From: Eledone cirrhosa
Lineage: Eukaryota
Reading direction: 5' to 3'
Assembly (NCBI GenBank): GCA_964016885.1
Contig: OZ024742.1
Location: 176,700,001-176,764,000 of the forward strand
Length of the DNA: 64,000 bases
Within the stretch, counting starts at the first letter, position 1, and each line of letters opens with the position of its first letter. The position numbers were made by a program, and so were the translations under genes. Below are positions 1 to 15,113 of this stretch, piece by piece. The notes under the pieces were generated by a model, which was not told where the DNA came from, made no database searches, and saw nothing but the letters and a program-made list of their open reading frames with translations.

Positions 1-555
1 ATGCTCCATTTTATTAGGTGGGGGGGTGAGGCTGACCCTGTACCCATCTTTCTTTACCATTTGTTTGGCATTTTCTAAATCTTCTTGAGTTACCGTGAAC
101 GCTTCGAATTGTTTTGCTACGATGGCGAAACTGAGGGTCGGTTTTATAATGTCATTGTTGTTGTTGTTGCTATCGTTATTTGTGTTAATCTTAATTTTTG
201 TTTCAGTTGTGGTGGTGGTGACGTCACTCGTCTTTGGTGCGGAAGAGTCCATTTTGCTTGATTTCATTTCGACATCACGAGTTAATTTATTTTTTTCTTC
301 TTTTGTTTCTGTTGTCGCGGTGGTGGTGGGGGTGGTGGTTCTCGCGGTGGTGGTGGTGGTGGAGGCTTTAACACCTGCAGTCATTGGTAATGGCGGGAAA
401 TGAATGTCTGCCTGAGACAAATTTAAAATATTGCTACTGCTTATATTTTTTTTTGTGTTGGCAAACGTAGTAACATTTACAATGGTGGTGTTGGTGTGAG
501 GTGTTATTTTGAGAGGAAGGCTTTCAGCTGCTTCGTGCAGAGGGGAATTAGCCAT
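1..555 (-). CDS. N-terminus of an ORF running off the window (185 codons, no stop); probable non-LTR retrotransposon ORF1/Gag-like protein
   Basis: Hand translation from ATG at 555 (MANSPLHEAAESLPLK...DIHFPPLP...TTTT...KPTLSFAIVAKQFEAF...PPPNKMEH) is open to base 1. FPPLP and SFAxVA resemble low-complexity LINE N-terminal motifs. A putative 5' UTR (556-763) abuts a microsatellite. Confidence 0.5.
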   Translation of the reverse strand, partial: MANSPLHEAAESLPLKITPHTNTTIVNVTTFANTKKNISSSNILNLSQADIHFPPLPMTAGVKASTTTTTARTTTPTTTATTETKEEKNKLTRDVEMKSSKMDSSAPKTSDVTTTTTETKIKINTNNDSNNNNNDIIKPTLSFAIVAKQFEAFTVTQEDLENAKQMVKKDGYRVSLTPPPNKMEH

Positions 556-793
556 TTTCTTTCAAAGAAATTTTTGGATAATAATAAAAGTTAAAATTTT
601 GGGCACAAGGCCCCAATCTTTTTGGGTGTCCTTTTCGGAAAACAATGTATGTGCGCTTATAAACAGTTAACAATAAAATTTTCCATAAATGACAATTTTT
701 AACAAACGGAAATAACAAACCTTTGCGGAGCTCACGATGATACGATTTACTACGTAGGTCGCCAATAATAATAATAATAATAATAATAATAAT

Positions 794-1305
794 CACATCT
801 CAATCTTGTGGAACTTAAGCATCCAAACAGACCGAAAAATAGATGCAAATAGACCTGATATAATATTGAAGGACTTTAAAAAGAGGGTATGCCTGCTAAT
901 TGATATGTCCGTTCCAATAGACAAGAATGTATCTATAAAAACATTTGAAAAATTGAGCAAGTATAAGGACCTGGAGATAGAAATTGGAAAAATGTGGAAA
1001 TTGAGAACTAAAACAATACCAGTGGTTGTAGGCGCTCTAGGAATGATACCTAAGGGGTCTAATGATTACTTATCGCAAATCCCAGGAAACCCGCGTATAG
1101 GAGAAATACAAAAGATAGTACTAATGGGAACTGCCCATATACTAAGGAAGATTCTGTCAATATAAGTACATCACAAGTCTAAACACTAAAGATGCATGTG
1201 TGAGTATGTATGTTCTTTCTTGAACATGGCGGACCGTGTTGTCTCTTGAGGTCACTGGTTGTGACTTGGTGATAACTCGTATGAACATAAAGCAAGATAA
1301 ATGCA
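794..1305 (+). mobile_element. R4/Dong non-LTR retrotransposon 3' fragment (RLE domain + 3' UTR), subfamily A
   Basis: ORF 806-1165 carries QTDRKIDANRPDII..CLLIDMSVP..EKLSKYKDL..IPVVVGALG, a PD-(D/E)xK restriction-like endonuclease; flanked by (AAT)n on both sides. Confidence 0.9.
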
Positions 1306-1328
1306 TAATAATAATAATAATAATAATA

Positions 1329-1750
1329 CAGACGGACAATAAATTAGAACACAATAGGCCTGACATGATACTTTTGGACAAAGAAAAAAGATCGTGCCTG
1401 ATTGTAGATGTAGCCTGCCCATTTGACACGAGAGTGCAAGAAAAGGAGAGGGAGAAATTTTACCGATACCAGCACTTAAAGTGGGAGGTAAAAAGGATTT
1501 TGAACTGCCATGAAGTCATGGTTGTCCCGATTGTTCTAGGTGCACTAGGTACTATCTCAAAGAGTTTCGAAGGATGGTTAAAGAAGATTAGTCCAGCCCC
1601 GCTTTTTGGAACACTTCAAAAGGCATGCTTGCTGGGAACAGCAAGAACCCTCCGATACGTCCTGAATATCTGAGGCTGCAGGTAGCGGATTGATATTCAT
1701 TTCAACAAACTTTCCAGTTAAATAACAACAATGACTGAGACTCAAGGAAC
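1329..1750 (+). mobile_element. R4/Dong 3' fragment, same family as the full-length element at 15-19.8 kb
   Basis: QTDNKLEHNRPDMI..CLIVDVACPFDTRVQEKEREK..GTLQKACLLGTARTLRYVLNI is nearly identical to the C-terminus of ORF 15114-18506; 3' UTR ends in (AAT)n. Confidence 0.92.
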
Positions 1751-1770
1751 AATAATAATAATAATAATAA

Positions 1771-1938
1771 TCTCAAAGAGTTTTCAATGATGGTTAAAAA
1801 ACATTAGTCAGCCTCCTTTTTTGCATGCTTCCTGAGAACAGAAAGAACCCTCTGATACGTCTTGAACATCTGTGGCTGCATTTGCACAAACTTTCTAGTT
1901 AAATAATATCAATGACTGAGACTCCAAGAATAATAATA
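1771..1938 (+). mobile_element. Short degenerate R4/Dong 3' fragment
   Basis: Diverged repeat of 1555-1750 (tctcaaagagtttt...aatgactgagactc) ending in aataataat. Confidence 0.8.
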
Positions 1939-2321
1939 TTTTTATAATTTGTTGATGTTGTTGTTACGTCCTGGCTTTAGCAACTACAAATCAAAGTAGG
2001 AAAATCAATCTAATTTTATTTCATCGACACTATTCGTTTGAGGCACAGTTTTTCAGTCAGAAATTGGTCCTGTAATATTAATGCATATAGTAATATGTTG
2101 TAATATACATATGTTTTCGGTCAATTGCTTGCTAAAAGGTATCAGCCATGTACTGAGGTCGATTTCATCGACTTTACCATACCTCAAATAATTGCTGGAC
2201 TTAGAATCAGTTATAAGTACGTACATTGATAAGTTACGATAGTTTCTACGAAATCCATAAGGTGCATAACGGACAAATGAAACCTCAACAAAATATAAAA
2301 ATCAAATACTTTCTTTCCCAG

Positions 2322-2473
2322 GCCTTGAAAGTGCCAGGAGTAATGTTTCAAGGATAGGGCACACGATTATATGGTCAGTAAATGTTGTCGGTGAATGTTC
2401 CTGTAACCCTACGCATCTTGAGATATCGGAGATCATTGTAATCACTGTGGAGGAATCTGGATCAAGGGTATTT
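2322..2473 (+). CDS. Candidate internal exon of an unidentified host gene
   Basis: Acceptor ctttctttcccAG at 2320-2321 and donor GTAAGT at 2474; one frame is open: LESARSNVSRIGHTIIWSVNVVGECSCNPTHLEISEIIVITVEESGSRVF. Confidence 0.35.
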
Positions 2474-3458
2474 GTAAGTTATTAGTGTATATTTGTGGCT
2501 AATGTAGAAATATCGAATTATTGGAATGGGCTGCATCGAGGTGAAAACTAACATCAACACGAAGGATGAAAATGATTCCAATGAATGGCATTAGGTTTTA
2601 CACCGTATTGAAATATAATGTACTATCATGCAGCTACACTGCATAATAATGCTTTATATACATACACATAAAATATATTACAATATCCCCAGGCAGTAAC
2701 GTTTCTGTTCCATTTTTTCTTTTTTTTTTTTATTCCGCAAAGTTATTTACCAGAAAACTAAAGCGGCAACATTAATAGCAACAACATCGGCATCAAACAA
2801 CAACAACAATTATTTGAGCAACGACACTCATAGTATCATTTGGCAACTATTTTTCCGTAGGTTCGATGTTATTAAGACCTAAAAGCGGAAATTACCTTCG
2901 TAACAGTCATCTAAATTGGACATTGGCGATGATAAAACAGACCTATTTCACCACCATATTTATTTTTGCTTATTATTGTATTGTTTTTGTTTAACTCAAA
3001 GTCTGCAAGATGGCGCTGTAAATTACAAAGATGCTGGTGATGGCGTTTTAAATTATGTAGATGGTGCCGAAAATGACTCTATACGTTCTGTCTGGCAACG
3101 TTAAATAGATAGATGAGCAAAAGAAAGGACGAAACAAAAATGGATGGTGTATTATAAGAAGACAAGATGGCGAATTCCATAACTAAGCAACTGAGTTAGC
3201 TGTCAATAGAACAATTCACTTCTAATGGAGTATTTTACCTTCTGCCAAATGTTACCGATTGAGAAGTAAATTTACTTTTATTTCAATCGATTGCAGAATA
3301 GAAGAGTCCCCACACCATTTTCGGTAAAAATGTGTAACGTTTACATTATATAAAACTTTTCAAGATGATATATATATAGGTATGTGTGTATATGTATGTA
3401 TACATATATATGTGTGTATGTGTATGTGTGTATTTATACATATGTTAATATATATATA

Positions 3459-3505
<47 letters not shown>

Positions 3506-3506
3506 C

Positions 3507-3549
<43 letters not shown>

Positions 3550-3642
3550 AAATATATATATATATATCTATATGTATTTATGTATACGTACATACATATA
3601 TGTATACCGACGTACAGTAGTATGTATATATATACATACATG

Positions 3643-3673
<31 letters not shown>

Positions 3674-3912
3674 GCACGTATCGGTTTACCGAACATTTAT
3701 TATAATGCTCGGTTTGTTTGTTAGTAAACAATCAAACAAACCGATAGGTGCATATATATATATATATGTGTGTGCATGTATGTATATATATACATACTAC
3801 TGTACGTCTGTATACATATATGTATGTACGTATACACACATACATACTTGCATTTAAGTAAGTGTCGTACTAGGAGTTAGAAATGAAATTTCATTTCATT
3901 CTATTCAATTTA

Positions 3913-3976
<64 letters not shown>

Positions 3977-4031
3977 TAAGTGCACATATATATCTTCACA
4001 GACACACACACAAACACGCACACACATATAT

Positions 4032-4094
<63 letters not shown>

Positions 4095-4096
4095 CA

Positions 4097-4240
<144 letters not shown>

Positions 4241-4454
4241 CGTTTCTGAATTTGTTTAGCAAGATTCTTTATCTGAAATCGTTTGTTGAAACCGATATTG
4301 TTATACTTTGGGAGGGTCATGTTGCCAATAAGAAACACACGCACCAGTGCTTTCACTTCAATTTAATTTATTATATATTTATAAATTTACAAATTTATAA
4401 ATTTCTGATTGGTTGGTTGGTTCCACAACCAGATAGTTGTTTATATATATATAT

Positions 4455-4499
4455 AGTCATAGTTCTTTCGTCACACACTCTGTGACCTCTTCAGTGACT
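4455..4499 (-). ncRNA. Minimal type-I hammerhead ribozyme (PLE pLTR)
   Basis: Reverse strand agtca-CTGAAGA-g-gtcaca/tgtgac-GAAA-g-aa-c-TA-tgact; stem I agtca/tgact. Confidence 0.8.
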
Positions 4500-5392
4500 G
4501 GGGATTTCTTTCTTCGTTTCTGTGCCTTTCCTTTCTTCTATCCTACGCCATTTTGTTTGTGTGTGGGTTGCGTGCTCAGTTTGCGCATGCGCCACATCCG
4601 GGTGTCTGTGTGTGTTTGTGTTCATTTTTCTATTTTTCTATTTATATTTTTCTATTTGTTTATTTATTTATTTATTTATTGTTGGTTGGTTGTTTGTTCT
4701 ATGTGTGTGTGTGTTTTTATTTTGTCCTTAATTGTAAGTTGTGATGTTGCTGTTCCACTCATATTTTCTATTTAATTTTGGTTTTAATTATTTTATGCTT
4801 ACTGAATCTGTAATTTGCCTAAACATTGCGTCTTTCTTGTGTGTGGATTCTATTTTTATTTCTATGCTCTCTAATTTACCCCTGTGTTCTATCTTAGCAT
4901 GCTGGTAGAGCACAGATGATTCTTTATTATCTTGAAGGTCTCGCCAGTGTTCATTTATTCGTTCCCCTATAGAACGAGCTGTCTCACCTATGTACACTAT
5001 ATTTTTGTTTCTACATTGTCCTTCAGTACATCTTATGCTATATACTACATTTCTAGTTTTACAGTTAATATGGGGGCTTATTTTACAGGTTATACACTTC
5101 TTATCTATACATGAGGGTCTTTGGAACGGGTATGTCTTGCTAATAAGTGTTTTTACGGAGGTACCAGGTCTTTCTACTATCTTAATATTGAGATAATCTC
5201 AATATTAAGATAGTAGAAAGACCTGGTACCTCCGTAAAAACACTTATTAGCAAGACATACCCGTTCCAAAGACCCTCATGTATAGATAAGAAGTGTATAA
5301 CCTGTAAAATAAGCCCCCATATTAACTGTAAAACTAGAAATGTAGTATATAGCATAAGATGTACTGAAGGACAATGTAGAAACAAAAATATA

Positions 5393-5662
5393 GTGTACAT
5401 AGGTGAGACAGCTCGTAGTATAGGGGAACGAATAAATGAACACTGGCGAGACCTCCAAGATAATAAAGAATCATCTGTGCTCTACCAACATGCTAAGATA
5501 GAACACAGGGGTAAATTAGAGAGCATAGAAATAAAAATAGAATCCACACACAAGAAAGACGCAATGTTTAGGCAAATTACAGAGGCAGTAAGCATAAAAG
5601 AATTAAAACCAAAATTAAATAGAAAATATGAGTGGAACAGCAACATCACAACTTACAATTAA
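5393..5662 (+). pseudogene. GIY-YIG endonuclease C-terminus of a 5'-truncated PLE (mirror copy at 4788-4997 on -)
   Basis: YIGET, R..EH, H and E..I..P.LN motifs of PLE endonucleases; no RT present. Confidence 0.88.
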
Positions 5663-5967
5663 GGACAAAATAAAAACACACACACACATAGAACAAACAA
5701 CTTACAATTGAAAACACACACAAAATGAAAACACACACAAGACAAAATGAAAACACACACACACATAGAACAAACAACCAACCAACAATAAATAAATAAA
5801 TAAATAAACAAATAGAAATATATAAATAGAAAAATAGAAAAATGAACACAAACACACACAGACACCCGGATGTGGCGCATGCGCAAACTGAGCACGCAAC
5901 CCACACACAAACTAAATGGCGTAGGATAGAAGAAAGGAAAGGCACAGAAACGAAGAAAGAAATCCCC

Positions 5968-6012
5968 AGTCACTGAAGAGGTCACATAGTGTGTGACGAA
6001 AGAACTATGACT
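5968..6012 (+). ncRNA. Minimal type-I hammerhead ribozyme (PLE pLTR)
   Basis: agtca-CTGAAGA-g-gtcaca-tagtg-tgtgac-GAAA-gaac-TA-tgact; predicted cleavage after CUA (6007). Confidence 0.8.
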
Positions 6013-6149
6013 ATATATATATATAAACAACTATCTGGTTGTCGAACCAACCAACCAACCAGAAATTTATAAATATATAATAAATTAAATTGAAGTGAAA
6101 GCAACTGGTGCGTGTGTTTCTTATTGGCAACATGACCCTCCCAAAGTAT

Positions 6150-6221
<72 letters not shown>

Positions 6222-6231
6222 ATATAAATAT

Positions 6232-6465
6232 ATATAAATTAGAAAATAGAATACCTTTCACCGTACTTTTGACTAAAGGAAATTTTGCCTGATAATGGCG
6301 TTTAGAACCATCAGATAAAAGGAAAAAGATGAGTATTGACGTACATGTATATATGTATGTCAATACTCATCTTCTTCCATTTATCTGGGGGTTCTAAACC
6401 CCATTACAGGCTAAAATTCCTTTAGTCAAAAGTACGGTGAAAGCCATTCTATTTTCTAGTTAATA
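6232..6465. repeat. Imperfect fold-back element of about 230 bp in (TA)n
   Basis: agaaaatagaat..tttcaccgtacttttgactaaagg..aagatgagtattgac is mirrored by gtcaatactcatctt..cctttagtcaaaagtacggtgaaa..attctattttct. Confidence 0.8.
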
Positions 6466-6476
6466 TATATTTATAT

Positions 6477-6750
<274 letters not shown>

Positions 6751-6882
6751 AGAATTAGCCATCGTAACGGCTTGAGCTCAGCCCTCGGGGTCTTACTCGT
6801 TCCTATTACCCACTCTACTACCCTAAGTATTGAGTACTTTGGTGCGTTATGGTCCACCCGGTTCCTTACCACATTTCCTTCG

Positions 6883-9064
<2,182 letters not shown>

Positions 9065-9125
9065 GTATATACATATATATATGTATATATATATATGTAT
9101 ATATATATATGTATATATATATATG

Positions 9126-9156
<31 letters not shown>

Positions 9157-9167
9157 GTATATATATG

Positions 9168-9203
<36 letters not shown>

Positions 9204-9213
9204 TGTATATGTT

Positions 9214-9244
<31 letters not shown>

Positions 9245-9251
9245 GTATATG

Positions 9252-9330
<79 letters not shown>

Positions 9331-9434
9331 GTATATATATATATATGTATATATTGTATATATATATATATATGTATATATATGTATATATATATATGTA
9401 TATATAAGTATATATATATGTATATATATATATG

Positions 9435-9477
<43 letters not shown>

Positions 9478-9554
9478 TTATGTTTATATATGTATATATA
9501 TATATATGTATATATATACATATACATGTATATATGTATATGTATATATATACG

Positions 9555-9587
<33 letters not shown>

Positions 9588-9604
9588 TTACGTATATATA
9601 TACA

Positions 9605-9657
<53 letters not shown>

Positions 9658-9667
9658 TTATATATAT

Positions 9668-10355
<688 letters not shown>

Positions 10356-10685
10356 ACATCGTGAATGGTCGAAAAAAACACACATATATATATCTATGAC
10401 TTTGTCTAGTTTTTGTATATGTAAATCTTTATATTTGATAATCTCCCATATGGTTGAGATGCAGTTCAGGCAGTATTTAGCTGCGCTTTCTAGCAACAAG
10501 CCCACTGGCCAAAAGGCACCAATCACATTATTTCTGACTTGACCACTGCCACGTCACAGTTCTTAGCCATTTTGAATTCGTTTCAGGCGGGGATCAGTTA
10601 AGAAAAATATTCGCCCAATTGGGCTACTCAGCCGTTAATATGCATAAGGTAAGTATATACGTTCAACAATCTGGCAGGTAGGTAT

Positions 10686-10728
10686 ACGTTGCTGACGATA
10701 GCTAATAAGCTTGAAACTAGTACAGCGT
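10686..10728 (+). ncRNA. Type-I hammerhead ribozyme (about 445-bp retrozyme-like family)
   Basis: acgttg-CTGACGA-tagct-aata-agctt-GAAAC-ta-GTA-cagcgt; stem I acgttg/cagcgt; palindromic stem III ACTAGT. Confidence 0.85.
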
Positions 10729-10982
10729 TCCATTTTCAGTGTTGAACAAACGAGAAAAGATGGTTCCTGGTCACTACGGCATAATACGGTATGTTTGTTT
10801 ACAAACACACCGAGCATTATAATAAATGTCCGGTGAATCTATACGTACATATATATATGTGTGCATGTATGTATATATATATATATATATATACATACTA
10901 CTATACGTCTGTATACATATATGTATGTACGTGTACATACTTATATTTATATATATATTTATATATATATATTTACACACAC

Positions 10983-11102
<120 letters not shown>

Positions 11103-11113
11103 ATATGTATATA

Positions 11114-11129
11114 GAACAACAACAACAAC

Positions 11130-11166
<37 letters not shown>

Positions 11167-12059
11167 GAAACATTAACTACAGACACAGCGGCACCGACCA
11201 CAGTAGTAATAACGGTAACAATACGAATAACAACAACAACAACCACAGTGGTAATAATAGAAATAATACATGTAGCAAGATTAATGACAGACACAACAAA
11301 AACAAGAAATATAATAAAAGTAACAACCACAATGGTAGAAATAACAGTAACAACAACAATAACGGTGAAGATAACAACAATCACAGCAACAATACATCTA
11401 GCAATCATAACAACAATACTTCTAACAATCACAGCAACAATACATCTAGCAATCATAACAATAATAATAATGCTAATAATAGGAACAACAACCACCATAA
11501 TAACAATAATAGCAACACACACAACTATGACGATAAATATAATGACAACCCCTTAGAGAAACTATAAATAAATAAAAAAATAGATAAATAAATACATACT
11601 CAATCACAATAACAACAAACACATATAAACACACACTAGTAAAGATAGAAAACATTAACCAATACACAGCCCCCTAATCACGAAAACACATCAAACAAAA
11701 CACTATACACACACACGCGCAAACGCATGCGCAAAGAATACAAAATAAAATAAACAAATAAATAAATATATAAACAGACTAAATAAAGATGACATAGAAA
11801 TTACAATGCAACGGGAGGAAACAATAGCACCACTAACGATGTTGCAGATGTGCAACGAAAGAACTTTGATAAACTATAAATATGTGTTTGTGTCTATATT
11901 GTATATGTATTTTTGACCGTTGGTCAGTCAATGGCAACATTGAACCGAATAAATTAGATTACCGATATAAGAGACACAGAAGCGAAAACCAACCAAACAG
12001 TGAGTGTGTTCTGTTATTAATTCTGGCAATATTACACAAATATGACCCTCCCCAAGTAT

Positions 12060-12065
<6 letters not shown>
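11114..12065 (+). mobile_element. PLE 3' end related to the 5.6-6.1 kb pLTR, preceded by an Asn-rich open frame
   Basis: Shares cgcatgcgcaaa, a degenerate hammerhead (ctaacga-tgttgca..tgcaac-GAAAgaac) and the terminus atgaccctccc.aagtataacaatATAT. Confidence 0.65.
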
Positions 12066-12100
<35 letters not shown>

Positions 12101-13150
12101 AAAGTTTTATTTAAGATTGTTGGGTTACAACGAGTAAATATTTTATAACTCTGTGGAGTGACGAAGATATTCTTGGCGTTTTTAATTTTAATATTGATAT
12201 CTGTTGTCTACTCTATGCCTGATCGATGATTATTTTAGATGTTAATGTATATCTTATATGTTTTGTGAATATATATATGTATATATGTATGTAAATGTAT
12301 GTAGGGTGGAATCTTTTCTAACGCATTGAAGTTTTTCTTTTCCGACACATTGAAGTTTTTCATGAAATATAAGAATCAGTGCAGCGTATCACATAGGTTC
12401 ACATGTGCGTCTATATTTATCAACTTGAATTTGAGATAACCTTCTCTTTTCTCATTTTTCACGAGAATGCATATATACTTATGTTTGAAGTTTTGTCTCA
12501 GATTTTGCTTATAGACCTAAGAATTTTTAAACTGAGCATGTGGTCATTTTTTTACACATTATAGATATGTGTCTCATTCATGAATACTGATATTTACATT
12601 ATAATGCCTAATTCATAAAAATTGATAATTCAAATGGATGAGACATAATATATTTTTAATATATTTTAAACATATCATCTTTCTTTCTTTTTCTCCTATA
12701 CACTAATCTAACTGTATCCCTTCCCTTAACCTCTCACATATACGATGATCATCTGTCAAAAAGCAGCCTACTATGTTTTTTTTCACCATCAATGTATTTC
12801 TCTCTATCCTTGTCTCTCTATCTCGCTCCGTTGTTTTTCTTTACATACATCTCTTTTCTCTTTACATACATCTCTCCATCTTCTTCTTTTTTATTTACAT
12901 ACATCTCTTCATCTTCTTCTTCTCATCTTCGTTTTCTTTCTATATAACTATCATAACAGTTTCACTACCAAATCAACTTTTTAAAAGGAAGTTGCATTAT
13001 TACAAGGTATGTCACTAATTATTTATAAAACAGCTTATGTATTGTATTTTGTCTGAGGAAGGCATAACATATTTTTAATATGATATCCCAGAAATATATA
13101 TAACGAAATAAATATGGTTTTATAAATATAGTTTCCATTTGTTTAATATC

Positions 13151-13199
<49 letters not shown>

Positions 13200-13380
13200 T
13201 ATGTATACGTACATACATATATGTATACAGACGTACAGTAGTATGTATATACATACATACATGCACACATATATATATATATATGTATGTATGGGTTTAC
13301 AGAACATTTATTATATTGTTCGGTTTGTTTGTAAACAAACAGCCCGAATTAAGCCGTACAGTGTTTCATTTTTTCCATTT

Positions 13381-13414
<34 letters not shown>

Positions 13415-13419
13415 AATTA

Positions 13420-14880
13420 GACAATTATCAAAGTTGTGTTCAAATCATTTGATAGCTGACAATCGTTTCTTTCAAACTCTAGCTTGGAATCATCGGAGCA
13501 TTATCACTGTTTGTACATGTTATTAACCTCCTATTCAAATGAACAATAATATAGATACATATATATTGATGTTGTGAGCAACAATTTCGTATTTACAGGG
13601 TGGAATGGATGCGACATCTATTTTACGAGAATTGTACAAACATTCAGATTCAAATAAAAATAAAATATAATTAAAATCAAGTATAAATATTGAATTGGCA
13701 CTATCGGTAGAGGCTTGGACGCCATGCTTTCTAGCATAGTTACGTCCCTTTACAGTCTGAGTTCAAATCCCGCCGAGGTTAACTTTGCCTTTAATCCTTA
13801 CAGGGTCGATCAAATAAAGTACCAGTAATGTACTAGGTATTTGCTGGCCTTGTGCCTAAAGTAGAAACAATTATGTAATAGAATAGGGTGGTGGATTGGC
13901 AGTATCGGTAGAGGGTCGGATGCCATGGTTTGACGCATAGAGTTACGGCCCTTGCCATTCTGAGTTCAAATCCCGTCGAGGTTAACTTTGCTTTTCATCC
14001 TTACGGGGTCGATAAAATAAAGTACCAGTAATGCACTGGGTAATTGCTGGCCTTATGCCAGAAGTAGAAACAATTATGTAATAGAGATTCAATTGTATCA
14101 CATTATAATGTGTATTAGAGCAAAGCATTTAAATAACTGTAATTAACTAGTTACCCCCCCCCCCCCCTACGCATTAGCTCCCCTTACTCACTTCTGGAAA
14201 TTAGCCATTGGAAAATCTACCTGTTGAACAACTATAGTCCATGAATAAGAATACCATAAGACTAATTTACAATCCATTGCTTTAACTAACTTAAAACATT
14301 CAATATAAACATTAACTAAAATATAATTCAACATATGAAATAACTTTGTTCTTCTCAACACACACAAATTCAAACACTATCAACATACTACATCCACCAT
14401 AGAATTTAATACATTAAGAAATTTGCTTAAAATACAGTATTATTTATCTATATATGCATAATAACTTTGCTTATTTCCTTCTCATATATATGACTAACGC
14501 ATGTGCACTTTCTATACGACTGCATATGTATTGCCAATGTACCCTTTCTTTCTCAAAGCTCCTTTCTCAATGCCTCTTTAATTATTAGACTATTCTCTTG
14601 TATTATCTGTTGCATGTATTACACTCTGTGCTTTTAATTTGAATTTGAATTGTTGTACAATTCTCGTAAAATATATGTCACATCCATTCCACCCTGTAAA
14701 TACGAAACTATTGCTCACAACAGCAATATGTATGTATCTATATTATTGTTCAGTTGAATAGAACGGTAATTACATGTACAAACGTTGATAATGCTCCGTT
14801 GAAACCAAACAAGACTTTGGAAGATACGATTGTCAGCTATTAAATTATTTGAACACAACTTTGATAATTGTCTAATTTAT
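13420..14880. mobile_element. Old inverted PLE-like insertion (arms about 13420-13610 and 14685-14880) with degenerate hammerheads, interrupted by two SINEs
   Basis: Arms are reverse complements; the left arm on - reads gct-CCGATGA-ttccaagct..agtttgaaa-GAAAC-gatt-GTC-agc. Confidence 0.6.
13692..14076 (+). mobile_element. Two tandem tRNA-derived SINEs (13692-13875, 13894-14076)
   Basis: A-box tggcagtatcgg, B-box gttcaaatcc, body gaggttaactttgcctttcatccttacggggtcgataaaataaagtacc, tail ggccttgtgcc.aaagtagaaacaatt. Confidence 0.9.
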
Positions 14881-15113
14881 TTATTTGCCTGCTCTGTAAA
14901 ACAACTGATGTTCTTACATTGAGGTATATCTCTTACTGGTAATAAGGTAGTAGGAAATTACTGATCTTTCCTGTTTATAGTTGTTTATAATATATACATA
15001 ACTATAAATAGTATTATTATTATTATTGTTATTGTTATTCCTTGAATCTCAATCATTGATGTTGGTTAACTGGAAAGTCCGTTGGATTGAATATCAAGCC
15101 ACTACCTGCAGCC

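Noticed and set aside
95-403. Val-rich membrane-like ORF on +
   Set aside because: Antisense shadow of the Thr-rich minus-strand frame 555-1
700-763. HDV-like ribozyme at the 5' end of the left-edge element (also sought at the Dong and RTE 5' ends)
   Set aside because: Could not build a convincing nested double pseudoknot by eye
13692-14076. tRNA genes
   Set aside because: A and B boxes belong to SINE heads; no full cloverleaf, and SINE body and tail follow
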